From positions 4,434-68,433 of the forward strand of contig CALBZA010000040.1 in the NCBI GenBank assembly GCA_937890005.1: 64,000 nt of DNA. Reading direction: 5' to 3'. The stretch comes from an uncultured Verrucomicrobia subdivision 3 bacterium (GTDB taxonomy: Bacteria > Verrucomicrobiota > Verrucomicrobiia > Limisphaerales > DASXHY01). Made by a program: the position numbers and the translations under genes. Shown here one piece after another: positions 17,849-27,687 of the stretch; the first letter of the stretch is position 1; each line of letters begins with the position of its first letter. The notes beneath the pieces were generated by a model that had not been told where the DNA came from, ran no database searches, and saw only the letters and a list, made by a program, of their open reading frames with translations.

Positions 17849-19225
17849 ATGAAGAACAGCAACAAACAATCTTTCGGACTCAGCCGACGCCATTTTCTGC
17901 GCGGCGTGGGTGCCTGTCTCGCATTGCCCGCAATGCAATCGCTGCTGCCGGTGCGGCTCCTTGGAGCGGTGTCCGAACAGCCGGCCGCAACAACGGCGAC
18001 GGGCGCGCCGTTGCGTTCGGCCTTCATCTACTTTCCAAACGGAGCCATTCCCGCGGCGTGGTGGCCGGAAGGGAGCGGCACGGATTTCAAACTGGGGCAC
18101 ACCTTGCAGCCGTTGGAATCGACCCGGCAGCTTGTGCAGGTGCTGGGCGGACTCGATCATGCGTGCGCCGTTGGCGGTGTTGATGGCGCGGGCGATCATG
18201 CGCGAGGAAGTTCGGTGTTTCTCACGGGAGTTCGATTGAGGAAGAGCGCCACGGATTTGCGCGCCGGGATCTCAATCGATCAGGTCATTGCAAAACGGAT
18301 CGGTCATCTCACGCGACTTCCTTCGCTGGAGCTGACCTGCGATTCCGTTCGCAAAACCGCAGCGTGCGATTCCAATTATTCGTGCGCGTATCAATTCAAT
18401 ATTTCGTGGGCGTCAGCGACAACGCCCATGACGCCGGAACCGAATCCGCGTCTGGCCTTCGAACGGTTGTTCGGTTCAGGAAGCCCCGGACAGCGTCAGG
18501 AAAATCTTCGCCGCCGCCAGGCCGAGCAGCATTCCATTCTCGATTTCGTCATGGCAGAAGCGCGGTCGATGCAGCAGCGGCTGCCTTCGGACGACCGTGA
18601 CAAGCTCGATCAATATCTGACGAGCGTGCGCGAGATTGAAATGCGGATCGAAAAGGCGGAACGATTGCGTCCGGTGAATGATCCTGCCATTGAAACGCCC
18701 GATGGAATCCCGTTGGAGCGGGTGGAGTATGTGCAACTGATGTATGACATCCTGCTGCTTGCGTTTCAGAGTGATTCGACCCGTGTGGCAACGATGATTC
18801 TGGCGCACGACGGCGACAATCGTTCGTTCAGCCACATTGGAATTCCTGAAGGTCACCACGATCTGTCGCATCATCAGAATCGCCTGGAACGTGTTCACAA
18901 GGTGGTATCGATCGATCGCTGGTATGTGGAGCAGTTCGCGCGGTTTTTGCAGAAGCTGAATGCGACGAAGGACGTGGATGGCAATTCGATTCTTCACAAC
19001 TCGATGATCGTTTACGGCAGCGGCAATGCGGACGGCAACCGTCACACGCATCACAATCTTCCGATTATTCTCGCGGGTGCAGGCGGCGGGACGATTCAGC
19101 CCGGTCGTCATGTTCGGCACGGATCGAAACCGATGACCAATCTGTTTCTCTCAATGGCAGATCGAATGGGCGTTCGTGATCTGGAGCGGTTTGGTGATTC
19201 GACCGGGCGGCTCAAGCAGATTTGA
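17849..19225 (+). CDS. DUF1552 domain-containing protein (usual partner of PSD proteins)
   Basis: SRRHFLRGVGACLALPAM Tat-like N-terminus, with GGLDH..GDHARG, HHDLSHH and HHNLPIILAG. It starts 7 nt after the PSD gene. Confidence 0.75.
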   Translation: MKNSNKQSFGLSRRHFLRGVGACLALPAMQSLLPVRLLGAVSEQPAATTATGAPLRSAFIYFPNGAIPAAWWPEGSGTDFKLGHTLQPLESTRQLVQVLGGLDHACAVGGVDGAGDHARGSSVFLTGVRLRKSATDLRAGISIDQVIAKRIGHLTRLPSLELTCDSVRKTAACDSNYSCAYQFNISWASATTPMTPEPNPRLAFERLFGSGSPGQRQENLRRRQAEQHSILDFVMAEARSMQQRLPSDDRDKLDQYLTSVREIEMRIEKAERLRPVNDPAIETPDGIPLERVEYVQLMYDILLLAFQSDSTRVATMILAHDGDNRSFSHIGIPEGHHDLSHHQNRLERVHKVVSIDRWYVEQFARFLQKLNATKDVDGNSILHNSMIVYGSGNADGNRHTHHNLPIILAGAGGGTIQPGRHVRHGSKPMTNLFLSMADRMGVRDLERFGDSTGRLKQI

Positions 19226-19376
19226 AGCGCCGCTCACCGGCAGACTGGAAAGTTCTTTCTGCAAGAAGCTCCAAGTGCCTGCTGCGTTGCGGGTGATGAC
19301 CGGGTGCGATGCGAAAGATTGCGTTTCGTCGCTGTTCGCGGGCATCCTGCGGTGTTCGCGTTTGCGCGTTCTATTT

Positions 19377-20345
19377 ATGAAGAGATTGATTGTGTTTCTT
19401 TCAACGTTGGTCGCGACGGCCGTGTTCGCCGCGGATGGTTTCCTTTTCGTCACATTCAAAGGCGAACAGACGCCAATGACCGAACAGGTTTATTTTGCAT
19501 TGAGCAAGGATGGCCGGAACTGGACGGCATTGAACGGCGGGGAGCCTGTTCTCGTGAGCCAGCTGGGCGAAAAGGGAGTGCGCGATCCTTATCTGCTGCG
19601 GGCGCATGACGGCAGCCGGTTCTACCTCATTGCCACGGACCTTTCCATCAACCTGAATCGCGACTGGGGCCGCGCCGTGCGGGCCGGAAGCAAATCCGTG
19701 GTGATCTGGGAATCGACGAATCTGGTGCAATGGAGCGAGCCGCGCCTCGTGAAGGTGGCGCCGGACGATGCCGGCTGCACCTGGGCGCCCGAGGCGATTT
19801 ACGATGAGGAAACGAAGGAATACATGGTGTTCTGGGCTTCAACGACCCAGCGCGACGACTTCGCCAAACACAGAATCTGGGCGGCACGCACAAAGGATTT
19901 CAAAACATTCGGCGAACCGTTCATTTACATCGAGAAGCCGACCACGGTGATCGACACGACGATCGTTCACGACGGGACGAACTATTATCGATTCACGAAG
20001 GACGAGAAGTTCAAGGCGATCACGATGGAGGTCAGCCCGAAGCTCAATGGCGAATGGCGCGACGTGCCCAACTTCTCGCTGGCGCAATTGCGCGGCTATG
20101 AAGGACCGGAATGTTATCTGGTGGAACCGGCATCGGAAGGCAAGCCGCCGACATGGTGTCTGATCCTGGATTTCTACAGCCGCGGCCTGGGTTATCAGCC
20201 GTTCATCACACACGATCTTCCCGGCGGGCAGTTCACCAAGGCGGAAGGTTTCAGTTTCCCGTTCCGATTCCGCCATGGTTCGATCCTGCCCCTCAAAAAA
20301 GCTGAGTTCGAACAGCTCGAAGCCGCTTACGGAAACAAGCAGTAG
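19377..20345 (+). CDS. glycoside hydrolase family 43 protein (secreted)
   Basis: I trimmed the track start of 19176 to ATG 19377 (MKRLIVFLSTLVATAVFA signal). VRDPYLLRAHDGSRFYLIATDL, CTWAPEAIYDEE and YEGPE are GH43 five-bladed-propeller motifs. The subfamily is not assignable by eye. Confidence 0.75.
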   Translation: MKRLIVFLSTLVATAVFAADGFLFVTFKGEQTPMTEQVYFALSKDGRNWTALNGGEPVLVSQLGEKGVRDPYLLRAHDGSRFYLIATDLSINLNRDWGRAVRAGSKSVVIWESTNLVQWSEPRLVKVAPDDAGCTWAPEAIYDEETKEYMVFWASTTQRDDFAKHRIWAARTKDFKTFGEPFIYIEKPTTVIDTTIVHDGTNYYRFTKDEKFKAITMEVSPKLNGEWRDVPNFSLAQLRGYEGPECYLVEPASEGKPPTWCLILDFYSRGLGYQPFITHDLPGGQFTKAEGFSFPFRFRHGSILPLKKAEFEQLEAAYGNKQ

Positions 20346-20381
20346 GTTGCTCCGCAATCGGAATTCGGCATGAAGCTGTGC

Positions 20382-20404
20382 GTCGGCGGTCTGTGACCGC
20401 CGAC
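20382..20404. terminator. hairpin between convergent genes (possible bidirectional terminator)
   Basis: GTCGGCGGT ctgtg ACCGCCGAC, a perfect 9-bp stem, lies between the GH43 stop (20345) and the DUF2892 stop (20463). It has no strong U-tract. Confidence 0.45.
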
Positions 20405-20462
20405 ATATTCACACTTTCCTCCAGGTCGAAACTGTCGTTACGGAATCGAACACTTCGGGAAT

Positions 20463-20750
20463 CTAGATCCGGTCGCCCGCCATCGGTTCCTGCATCACCG
20501 GCGACCCGGCCTCGTCTGAATCGAATTCTTCACGCGACGAGTCCTGTGACGAGTCCTTGTTGGTATCCAATCCGATGAATGCATTCATCGGGCAATGCCG
20601 CGTTGTCGCCGTGATCAGTTCACTGGTTCCGAGCAGCAACGCGACGATTCGCCACGGCGCGCTCAGATTTCCAATGAATGCGGTTGCCAGCAATGCACCT
20701 CCGGCGACGAACCGGATGTTCCGATCGAGTTCACCAACGTTTTCTTTCAT
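20463..20750 (-). CDS. DUF2892 (YgaP-like) small membrane protein
   Basis: LDRNIRFVAGGALL...LLLGTSELITATTRHCPMNAFIGLDT matches the DUF2892 pattern (DR.iR..G...G..ll.t...g.CP). Confidence 0.7.
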   Translation of the reverse strand: MKENVGELDRNIRFVAGGALLATAFIGNLSAPWRIVALLLGTSELITATTRHCPMNAFIGLDTNKDSSQDSSREEFDSDEAGSPVMQEPMAGDRI

Positions 20751-20759
20751 AAAGGCTTT

Positions 20760-21644
20760 TCAGACTGCGGTGGTCATCTGCGGTTCCTTCTTGGTTCCGT
20801 AGAACCGGGAATCTGCGCCACCATCCAGAATGGGTTCCTCGCCTTCGGGTTTCGGGTTGTCCACGTACTCGAACTGGCCCTTGCCGTCCGGCGCGCGTCC
20901 GGCAGCCCAGCGGCCTTCCTTGCTTTCGGTGCCACGGGAACAGTTGAGGAACTGGTAGCTGAAACGTTTTGCCTCCAGTTCCTGGGGGAAGTTGCTGGGG
21001 CAAGGCGTGTCTTCGAGTCCATCCGCCTTCAACTCTTCGATCGCGGCCAGCCACTGGTTCTGGTGCATCGTGTCGCGAGCCAGCAGGAAGCTCAGCATGT
21101 CCCGCACGCCCCGATCCTGTGTCATGTTGTAGAGCCGGGCGACTTGAAGCCGGCCTTGGGATTCCGCCGTGACGTTCATCCGGAAATCGGCGAGGAGATT
21201 CCCGCTCGCAATGATGTACGCAGCGGTCCAACGCTGGCCGATGCTGTCCGCCGGCATTGCGCCCTGCCCGGAAACAATCAAGTGCTGCGGGTTCATCGCC
21301 GCTGCGGCGATCATGTCCTTCGGGCTGGTTCCGCCGAGCACTGCGCCGACAACAGAATTGCCCTTGGCGACAGACTCCGTCGTTTCGGCATCGGCGCCTT
21401 CCAGAAGCCGGGCCACCATGGTCGCCAGCATTTCGATGTGGCCGATCTCCTCTGTGCCGATGTCGAGGATCATGTCCCTGTATTTCGCCGGGCCGCGACA
21501 GTTCCAGCCCTGGAACAGGTATTGAATGGCGACGGACATTTCGCCCCATTGGCCGCCGATGACTTCCTGAAGCTTGCAGGCATACAGCGGGTCAGGGCGT
21601 TCTGGTTTGGCGTTGTATTGAAGATGTTTGTCATGAAAAAACAT
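20760..21644 (-). CDS. manganese catalase
   Basis: I trimmed the track start of 21770 to ATG 21644. MFFHDKHLQYNAKPERPDPLYACKLQEVIGGQWGEMSVAIQYLFQGW...GTEEIGHIEMLATMV is the canonical Mn-catalase di-Mn helical bundle. Confidence 0.9.
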   Translation of the reverse strand: MFFHDKHLQYNAKPERPDPLYACKLQEVIGGQWGEMSVAIQYLFQGWNCRGPAKYRDMILDIGTEEIGHIEMLATMVARLLEGADAETTESVAKGNSVVGAVLGGTSPKDMIAAAAMNPQHLIVSGQGAMPADSIGQRWTAAYIIASGNLLADFRMNVTAESQGRLQVARLYNMTQDRGVRDMLSFLLARDTMHQNQWLAAIEELKADGLEDTPCPSNFPQELEAKRFSYQFLNCSRGTESKEGRWAAGRAPDGKGQFEYVDNPKPEGEEPILDGGADSRFYGTKKEPQMTTAV

Positions 21645-21828
21645 AAATTCCTTTTCTGTGTTGTTGTTATTTGCATGCCGCCAAACCGGGCTGCCCAAGG
21701 GCTGCTGTGGCGGCGAATTCGCCACACTGCTTCGGAACTTCGTTTCGTTCAGCTGGGAGGTTTCCAGCAATTCGCGGGTAGGTTTTCCGCTGCTTTGACT
21801 GTGGTGGTTACCGGATCAACCTTTTGGG

Positions 21829-22407
21829 ATGGAGAAACGATTCGAGGACCGGCGAGCCATAGGAAGGCGGCAAGAAGGCGAGGAGCTGAAGGTTGCAGAC
21901 AGCCAATCGACACTGGGAGCATCAACTTCTGAGTTCAGTTTTTCCGCAAAGCCTGTGGTCAGGGCCGGGATTGTTCTCGGTCTTGGCTTCGGCGGTTTCG
22001 CAGATGGCATCGTGCTTCATCAGATTCTCGGTTGGCATCATCTGGTTTGCATCACTGCACACTGCGAGCCGACTTCGATCGAACATTTGCAGCGTCAGAA
22101 CACGCAGGACGGTTTCTTTCATCTCGCGGTCTGGATCGTTTCACTTGTTGGAACCGCGATGTTGTTTCGCGCGGCGCGCTCGGGCCGAATCTGGTCCGGC
22201 AAAGTGCTTGCCGGAGCCATGCTGGCGGGTTGGGGCCTGTTCAACTTCGTTGAAGGGTTGATCGATCACCAGATTCTTGGAATTCACCACGTCCTGCCGG
22301 GACATCCGCAGCAGTTTCTGTGGGACATGCTGTTTCTGGCAACCGGCCCCCTTTTCGGGCTGGCTGGTTGGTGGATGATCCGCGCTGGAAAACGCGAAGC
22401 TCGATAA
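21829..22407 (+). CDS. DUF2243 membrane protein
   Basis: GFGGFADGIVLHQILGWHHLV and LIDHQILGIHHV are DUF2243 signatures. The start is uncertain. Confidence 0.7.
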   Translation: MEKRFEDRRAIGRRQEGEELKVADSQSTLGASTSEFSFSAKPVVRAGIVLGLGFGGFADGIVLHQILGWHHLVCITAHCEPTSIEHLQRQNTQDGFFHLAVWIVSLVGTAMLFRAARSGRIWSGKVLAGAMLAGWGLFNFVEGLIDHQILGIHHVLPGHPQQFLWDMLFLATGPLFGLAGWWMIRAGKREAR

Positions 22408-22453
22408 ACGCAACGAAGGAGTCCTGATGACGTTTCCTTCGCGGCGCGGCATT

Positions 22454-24895
22454 TCATTGGAACGCAAGAGCGCCGGGCGCGAACCCAAGCCGGTCGCCGA
22501 GCACGAGCAGTTCCTTCAAACAATTGGCTGCCTCCTCATCCCCCGTTTCCGACCGTTGCTTGAGTTCGGGTAATGTGGTTCTCCGGATGTTCCAGAAAAC
22601 GTTCTGCACTTCGGCCACGTTGAGGCCAAGTGGCAGGGGCATCATGATCCGCGCGATTTCCTGAAGTTCCTTGACGGCATCGAGGTTATTTGGATTCGCG
22701 GCAATTTCATGGATCGTTTTCTCCATCCGGTTCTTTACGGCGTAACTGATGTCGGCATCAAGAACGGCCGGACCCCGCGACTGGGCGTCGTTCACAAGGC
22801 TCGAGAGTTGTTCGATATCCGTGTGGCCGTTGGTGAACTGGCGGCGGATGTTGCTGTGCAAGGTCAGATCCCATGCAACCTGCAATCCGCCCGGCAGGGG
22901 CGCGCCCGCGCTTTCCAGAAACTTCATCAGCGGCGCGTAACGGTCTGTGATGTTCTTGAATCGACCTTCGAGATCTTCGCGGGCTGACGCAACAATCTCG
23001 TTCAAAATGCGCCGCTGCTCGTCCTTGAACAGCGAACGCAATGTGTACGACGAGCCGCCAAAGTGCTGGTCGATCAGGCGGATGATCTGCGGCAGATCGA
23101 CGATTTCAAAAGCGCCCTGAAGCTGGCGGGTCATTTCGTCGAACGCCTCCTGCGATGGAAATTTTCCGACGCCGCCGATCAGATTGTGTTCGCCCATGTA
23201 GAGAATCGCATAGGCAAGATGTTCCGTTTCCTCGGTGATTTCCGACATGACACAGACCCGTCCCGTCGCGAGTTTGGTTTTTCCGGTGGTGAGGGTCTGG
23301 CGTTGCTCGTCTTCGAACGTGAACGAGAAGACCCGCGTGCGTTTGTCGTATTCCTTGAAGAGTGAGCTGATGGCGTAGTGGGCAACGGCCTTCTTCCAGT
23401 CGATCATCGCGGGTTTCACGAACTTCTCATAGATGACCCGGCCGTCCTTGTGTTCGTGAATGTTGCTCTTCGCGTGTTCCAGTCGCTCGAGGAATGGAGG
23501 CTCGAAATCGCGGTCGAACAATTCGTTTGCGAGCTGAATCACGCGCGCGGCGTATTGAATCACCTGGACGGTTTCGATTCCTGAAAGTTCGTCGAAGAAC
23601 CAGCCGCAGCTGGTGTACATGAGCATGGCGTGCCGTTGCAGTTCCAGAAGTTTGAGCGCAACGATCTTTTCGGCATCATTCAGTTCCCCTTTCGCCTGGG
23701 CGGCAAAGAAGCGGTTTCGGCTTTCTTCCGACCGGTCGAGGATGATTTCGATGTAGGCGTTGCGCGCCTCCCACGGATCGCGCAACAGTTCTCCGGCCCG
23801 CGCGGCGTAAAGCGGTTCCAGTTCATCGCGGAGCCAGTCCAGAGCCGCCCGCAACGGAGCGCGCCATTTCTGATTCCAATCGCCATGGCCGCCGCTGTTG
23901 CAGCCGCAATCCTCCTTCCAGCGTCCGACGCCGTGCGAACAGCTCCAGGCGCTGCCTTCGTGAATCTGCGCTTCGTATTCCGGCGGATGTTTCTCCAGGA
24001 ACTCGCCGTAGTTGGTGAGTTTCGCGAGGTTGTTCTGCTGAATGTGTTCCAGCGCGTAGGCGAGCGCCATCTCACCGTGGCGATGGTGATGCCCGTACGA
24101 TTCGCCATCGGTGGCGATGTGAACCAGTTGATCGGCGCTGTCGTCATCGGTAAATGCGCCAAGAATCCGGCTGGCAAAACGTTCCCCGCTGACGAGCAAC
24201 TTTTCAAAGGCGACCGCCTGCGATACCGGCGCGTCGTAGAAGAACACGCTGATCTTCCGGCCCGACGGGAGATTAATGAGATAAGGGCGCCTGGGATCGA
24301 TGCGTGCGCCATTCGCGTCATTCCATTCCTTATCGCCGAGTTTTCGAACGGCGCTTGCCTGAAACGGCGAGAGAATCGTGAAGAGGATTCCCTGTTCCGC
24401 GAGCGCTTCCAATGTCGGTGTATCGGCCGCGGTTTCGGACAGCCAGATGCCCTCGGGCTTTCGTCCGAAACGCGATTCAAAATCACGAATGCCCCAAACG
24501 ATCTGCGTGGTTTTGTCGCGCTGGTTCGCGAGCGGCATGATCATGTGATTGTAAACCTGCGCGAGTGCGGAGCCGTGGCCGGAGAAACGTTCGCGGCTGA
24601 TCTTGTCCGCGAGAACGATGGCGTCGTGGGTCTCCGGCATCTTGTCCTTCATCCACGCCAGCAGCGTTGGACCGATGTTGAAGCTGATCTTGGAGAAGTT
24701 GCTGGTGATTTTCTCAATCCGGCCTTCGCCATTGATGATCCGTGCGGCGGCATTGGGCGCGTAACATTCGACGGCGATGCGCTCGTTCCAATCGTGCCAC
24801 GGCGCGGCGGAATCCTGAATTTCAACCGACTCCAGCCACGGATTCTCACGGGGAGGCTGATAGAAATGTCCGTGGATGCAGATAAATTTTTCCAT
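22454..24895 (-). CDS. glycoside hydrolase family 57 / DUF3536 protein
   Basis: I trimmed the track start of 24979 to ATG 24895. MEKFICIHGHFYQPPRENPW is the GH57 N-terminus, and the 813-aa length fits the GH57+DUF3536 architecture. Confidence 0.8.
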   Translation of the reverse strand: MEKFICIHGHFYQPPRENPWLESVEIQDSAAPWHDWNERIAVECYAPNAAARIINGEGRIEKITSNFSKISFNIGPTLLAWMKDKMPETHDAIVLADKISRERFSGHGSALAQVYNHMIMPLANQRDKTTQIVWGIRDFESRFGRKPEGIWLSETAADTPTLEALAEQGILFTILSPFQASAVRKLGDKEWNDANGARIDPRRPYLINLPSGRKISVFFYDAPVSQAVAFEKLLVSGERFASRILGAFTDDDSADQLVHIATDGESYGHHHRHGEMALAYALEHIQQNNLAKLTNYGEFLEKHPPEYEAQIHEGSAWSCSHGVGRWKEDCGCNSGGHGDWNQKWRAPLRAALDWLRDELEPLYAARAGELLRDPWEARNAYIEIILDRSEESRNRFFAAQAKGELNDAEKIVALKLLELQRHAMLMYTSCGWFFDELSGIETVQVIQYAARVIQLANELFDRDFEPPFLERLEHAKSNIHEHKDGRVIYEKFVKPAMIDWKKAVAHYAISSLFKEYDKRTRVFSFTFEDEQRQTLTTGKTKLATGRVCVMSEITEETEHLAYAILYMGEHNLIGGVGKFPSQEAFDEMTRQLQGAFEIVDLPQIIRLIDQHFGGSSYTLRSLFKDEQRRILNEIVASAREDLEGRFKNITDRYAPLMKFLESAGAPLPGGLQVAWDLTLHSNIRRQFTNGHTDIEQLSSLVNDAQSRGPAVLDADISYAVKNRMEKTIHEIAANPNNLDAVKELQEIARIMMPLPLGLNVAEVQNVFWNIRRTTLPELKQRSETGDEEAANCLKELLVLGDRLGFAPGALAFQ

Positions 24896-25053
24896 GGCCA
24901 CCAGTCTCCGTTTTCCACTCCGGCCAACAATAGGGGGCTTTCCCCGTTCGAATGGGAGCGCGGCAGCCGCGGAGGTCACGAGGCGGAACTGTCGGGGAGA
25001 GAACGTCCGCCTTCGCCCGTCGCGAGCTACAGTTTTCTGGAACTGTTCTTAAC

Positions 25054-27663
25054 TCAACGCCATTCGTGCTTCGGATACCGACGCTGCAGCTCAGATTTGA
25101 TCTTCGGATAATGCTCGCGCCAGAAGTTGGAGAGATCCTGAGTGACCTGAACCGGCTTCATTCCGGGAGTCAAAATGTGAACGAGCACCGGCACGCGGCC
25201 CATCGCGATCTTCGGCGTTTGTGTCACATCGTAAAGCTCCTGAATGCGCATCGCGATGTGCGGAGGATTGCCGGGTTCGTAGGTGATTTTTGGAGTGCGT
25301 CCGTTTGGAAGCGAAAGGCGTTCCGGCGCATGTTTGTCGAGAAGTTCGCGCTGAGCCTGCGACAGCCACGATTTCACGACCGGTTTGACGTCCTTGTCCT
25401 TGATGTCCTTGTAGCCAATCGCGCCGTGACAAAGTTGTTCAATCAACGTCTTCCGATCGGCATCGGTAATTGGAGGCAGTTCAAACTCCGGACACCACTT
25501 GCTCAACAGGTTCAATCGGAGAATCCATTGTTCGACCGTGTGATCCCATTCCTTGAGCGTCAGGCGCTCCGCGATGACTTCCTCGGCGAGCAATCGCGCC
25601 GCGGCATCGGCGGGCGGCGGTTCGATGCGTTTTGCCGAGAGGGCGAGTCCGCGGAAGCGTGAAAGTTCCGCGGCGACGACGCGTTTCTGCGTCGCATCGA
25701 ACATCACGCGCAGGTCTCGTTCGATGTCATCGGGAAAGAGTTCGTGCAGCCATTCCGGTTGAATGGCGGTGGCCAGCGAAAGGATGGTATTCACTTCCTT
25801 GTCCTTGCCTTCGACTTCACGAACTTCTGCCGCGACAAAAAGCTGGCTGTGTTGAACGGTGCTTTCGCGGGCCAGCACGCCGCGACGGCCGTGAACGAGT
25901 TCGCATCGAAGCGTTCCCTGATCGAGCCGGTGTGCCACACGGTCGGAGAATCCAATCAACACGCATTTCTGCAAGGCCTCGTCCTTCACTTCGCGCGGCT
26001 GGACGTCGAGCCCTTCGCGTTCGGCGATGCGTAGGAAATGGTCGAGCAGGGGACCGACCTGTCGTGCAGTGACGGCGTGAATGCCAAGCTTGCGGCAGGC
26101 ATCCAGGCGAAACTGATTCTTCGCCGCAAACGTCCACGCGCGCATCAGAATCCAGAAATCCGAGGAAGCCTTTTCGCCGAGCAAATCTTCGCGCAACTGA
26201 TTCGTTGCCTTGTCCACGCCGCGCAACAGGAGATCGCGTCCCTGCGTGAGTGCTGCGACCAATGCGGCCTGATAAACACAGCCGTATTCCTGTGCCGCCA
26301 GCAACATGCGCGCGTAACGCGGGTGGACCGGAAACGCGAGCATCTTTCGACCAACGGGAGTGATCTGCAACGTTTGTGGTGCAGGTTTCAGCGCGCCCAA
26401 ATCGGCCAGCAATTCTTCCGCATGCGCGAGGCTTTGTTCGTCGGGCGGTTCAAGCCAGCGGAACTTGCGCAAATCTTCAATGCCCGCGGCCTTCAACGTA
26501 AGAACCACTTCGGCCAGGTCGAGCCGCTTGATCTCGGGCAGTTCCTGTGCGGCGCGATGCGAATGTTCCTCACGCGACCAGAGCCGCATGCAAACGCCCG
26601 GCGCAGTGCGGCCCGCGCGGCCGGCGCGTTGATCGGCTGAGGACTGGCTGATCTTTTCGACGAGCAGCGTATTGATGCCGCGATAGGCATCGTATCGCGG
26701 AATGCGCGCGAGCCCGGAATCGATCACGAGCCGGACGCCGTCAATCGTGAGCGACGTTTCCGCGACATTTGTGGAAACGACAACTTTCGGCTGACGATAG
26801 CGCGCGACGGCTGCGTCCTGGTCCTTTGGCGACAGTTCGCCGTGCAATGGGAGCAGAATAAAACCGCGCGATTCGTCCGTGTGCCGAATGGCTTCAATCG
26901 TTTGAAAAATCTCAAATCCGCCCGGCATGAACACGAGCACGTCGCCGGTTCCACCGGATCGAACGTATCGGCTGAACGCATCCGCCGCCTGATCCCAGAT
27001 CGGTCGCCTGTCGGTGTAACTCGGTTCGGATGCGTAACGGATCTCGACCGGAAAGGTGCGTCCGGCGGAGGTCAGGACGGCGCAGGGATGACGGGTGATT
27101 GCGGATTGCGGATTGTGGATTGCGGATTTCTCCCGCTGACGGGTTTGGGAGAAGTAGTCGGCGAGCTGGTCGGCGTCCAGAGTCGCGGACATCACAGCGA
27201 GTTTCAGGTCGGGCCGTTGTGATTCCTGGACGTCGAGGGCGCGGGCGAGCGTGATGTCTCCGTAAAGATGGCGTTCATGAAACTCGTCGAACAGCAGCGC
27301 GGTGACGCCTTTGAGCGAAGGATCGTCAATCATCTGCCGCAACAGGACGCCTTCGGTGACAAAGCGAATCTTCGTGTCGCGCGACGTGACGTTTTCGAAA
27401 CGGATTTGATAGCCGACTTCTTTGCCGAGCTGGACGCCAAGTTCTTCCGCGACGCGTGTGGCGAGCAATCGTGCGGCGAGCCGGCGCGGTTGGAGAATGA
27501 CGACCTGTCCGTTCTCAAGCAGTCCGGACTGTAAAAGCATTTGCGGAACCTGCGTGGTTTTGCCGGAGCCGGTTGGTGCGGAGAGAATGAGGCGGTTGCC
27601 CGACCGCAGCGATTCGATGATCTGCGGCTGGATTTCCCAAATGGGAAGCGAGGTATCAGGCAC
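25054..27663 (-). CDS. hrpB: ATP-dependent RNA helicase HrpB
   Basis: APTGSGKTTQ, DEFHER, SATL and QRAGRAGR motifs, with a long HrpB-type C-terminal region. It is 869 aa. Confidence 0.9.
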   Translation of the reverse strand: MPDTSLPIWEIQPQIIESLRSGNRLILSAPTGSGKTTQVPQMLLQSGLLENGQVVILQPRRLAARLLATRVAEELGVQLGKEVGYQIRFENVTSRDTKIRFVTEGVLLRQMIDDPSLKGVTALLFDEFHERHLYGDITLARALDVQESQRPDLKLAVMSATLDADQLADYFSQTRQREKSAIHNPQSAITRHPCAVLTSAGRTFPVEIRYASEPSYTDRRPIWDQAADAFSRYVRSGGTGDVLVFMPGGFEIFQTIEAIRHTDESRGFILLPLHGELSPKDQDAAVARYRQPKVVVSTNVAETSLTIDGVRLVIDSGLARIPRYDAYRGINTLLVEKISQSSADQRAGRAGRTAPGVCMRLWSREEHSHRAAQELPEIKRLDLAEVVLTLKAAGIEDLRKFRWLEPPDEQSLAHAEELLADLGALKPAPQTLQITPVGRKMLAFPVHPRYARMLLAAQEYGCVYQAALVAALTQGRDLLLRGVDKATNQLREDLLGEKASSDFWILMRAWTFAAKNQFRLDACRKLGIHAVTARQVGPLLDHFLRIAEREGLDVQPREVKDEALQKCVLIGFSDRVAHRLDQGTLRCELVHGRRGVLARESTVQHSQLFVAAEVREVEGKDKEVNTILSLATAIQPEWLHELFPDDIERDLRVMFDATQKRVVAAELSRFRGLALSAKRIEPPPADAAARLLAEEVIAERLTLKEWDHTVEQWILRLNLLSKWCPEFELPPITDADRKTLIEQLCHGAIGYKDIKDKDVKPVVKSWLSQAQRELLDKHAPERLSLPNGRTPKITYEPGNPPHIAMRIQELYDVTQTPKIAMGRVPVLVHILTPGMKPVQVTQDLSNFWREHYPKIKSELQRRYPKHEWR
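27097..27131 (-). repeat. heptanucleotide array (about 5 x CAATCCG on the coding strand), in-frame within hrpB
   Basis: The + strand reads gattgcg gattgcg gattgtg gattgcg gatttct. It is translated on the minus strand as EKSAIHNPQSAITRH. Confidence 0.85.
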
Positions 27664-27687
27664 AGGAACGAAAACGGAAACGTCGGA

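Noticed and set aside
20595-21932. A 445-aa + strand ORF in the track.
   Set aside because: It lies fully antisense to the Mn catalase gene, which has unmistakable family motifs on the minus strand. The + strand translation is Arg/Gly/Ala-rich with no motifs. This is a typical shadow ORF of GC-rich DNA.
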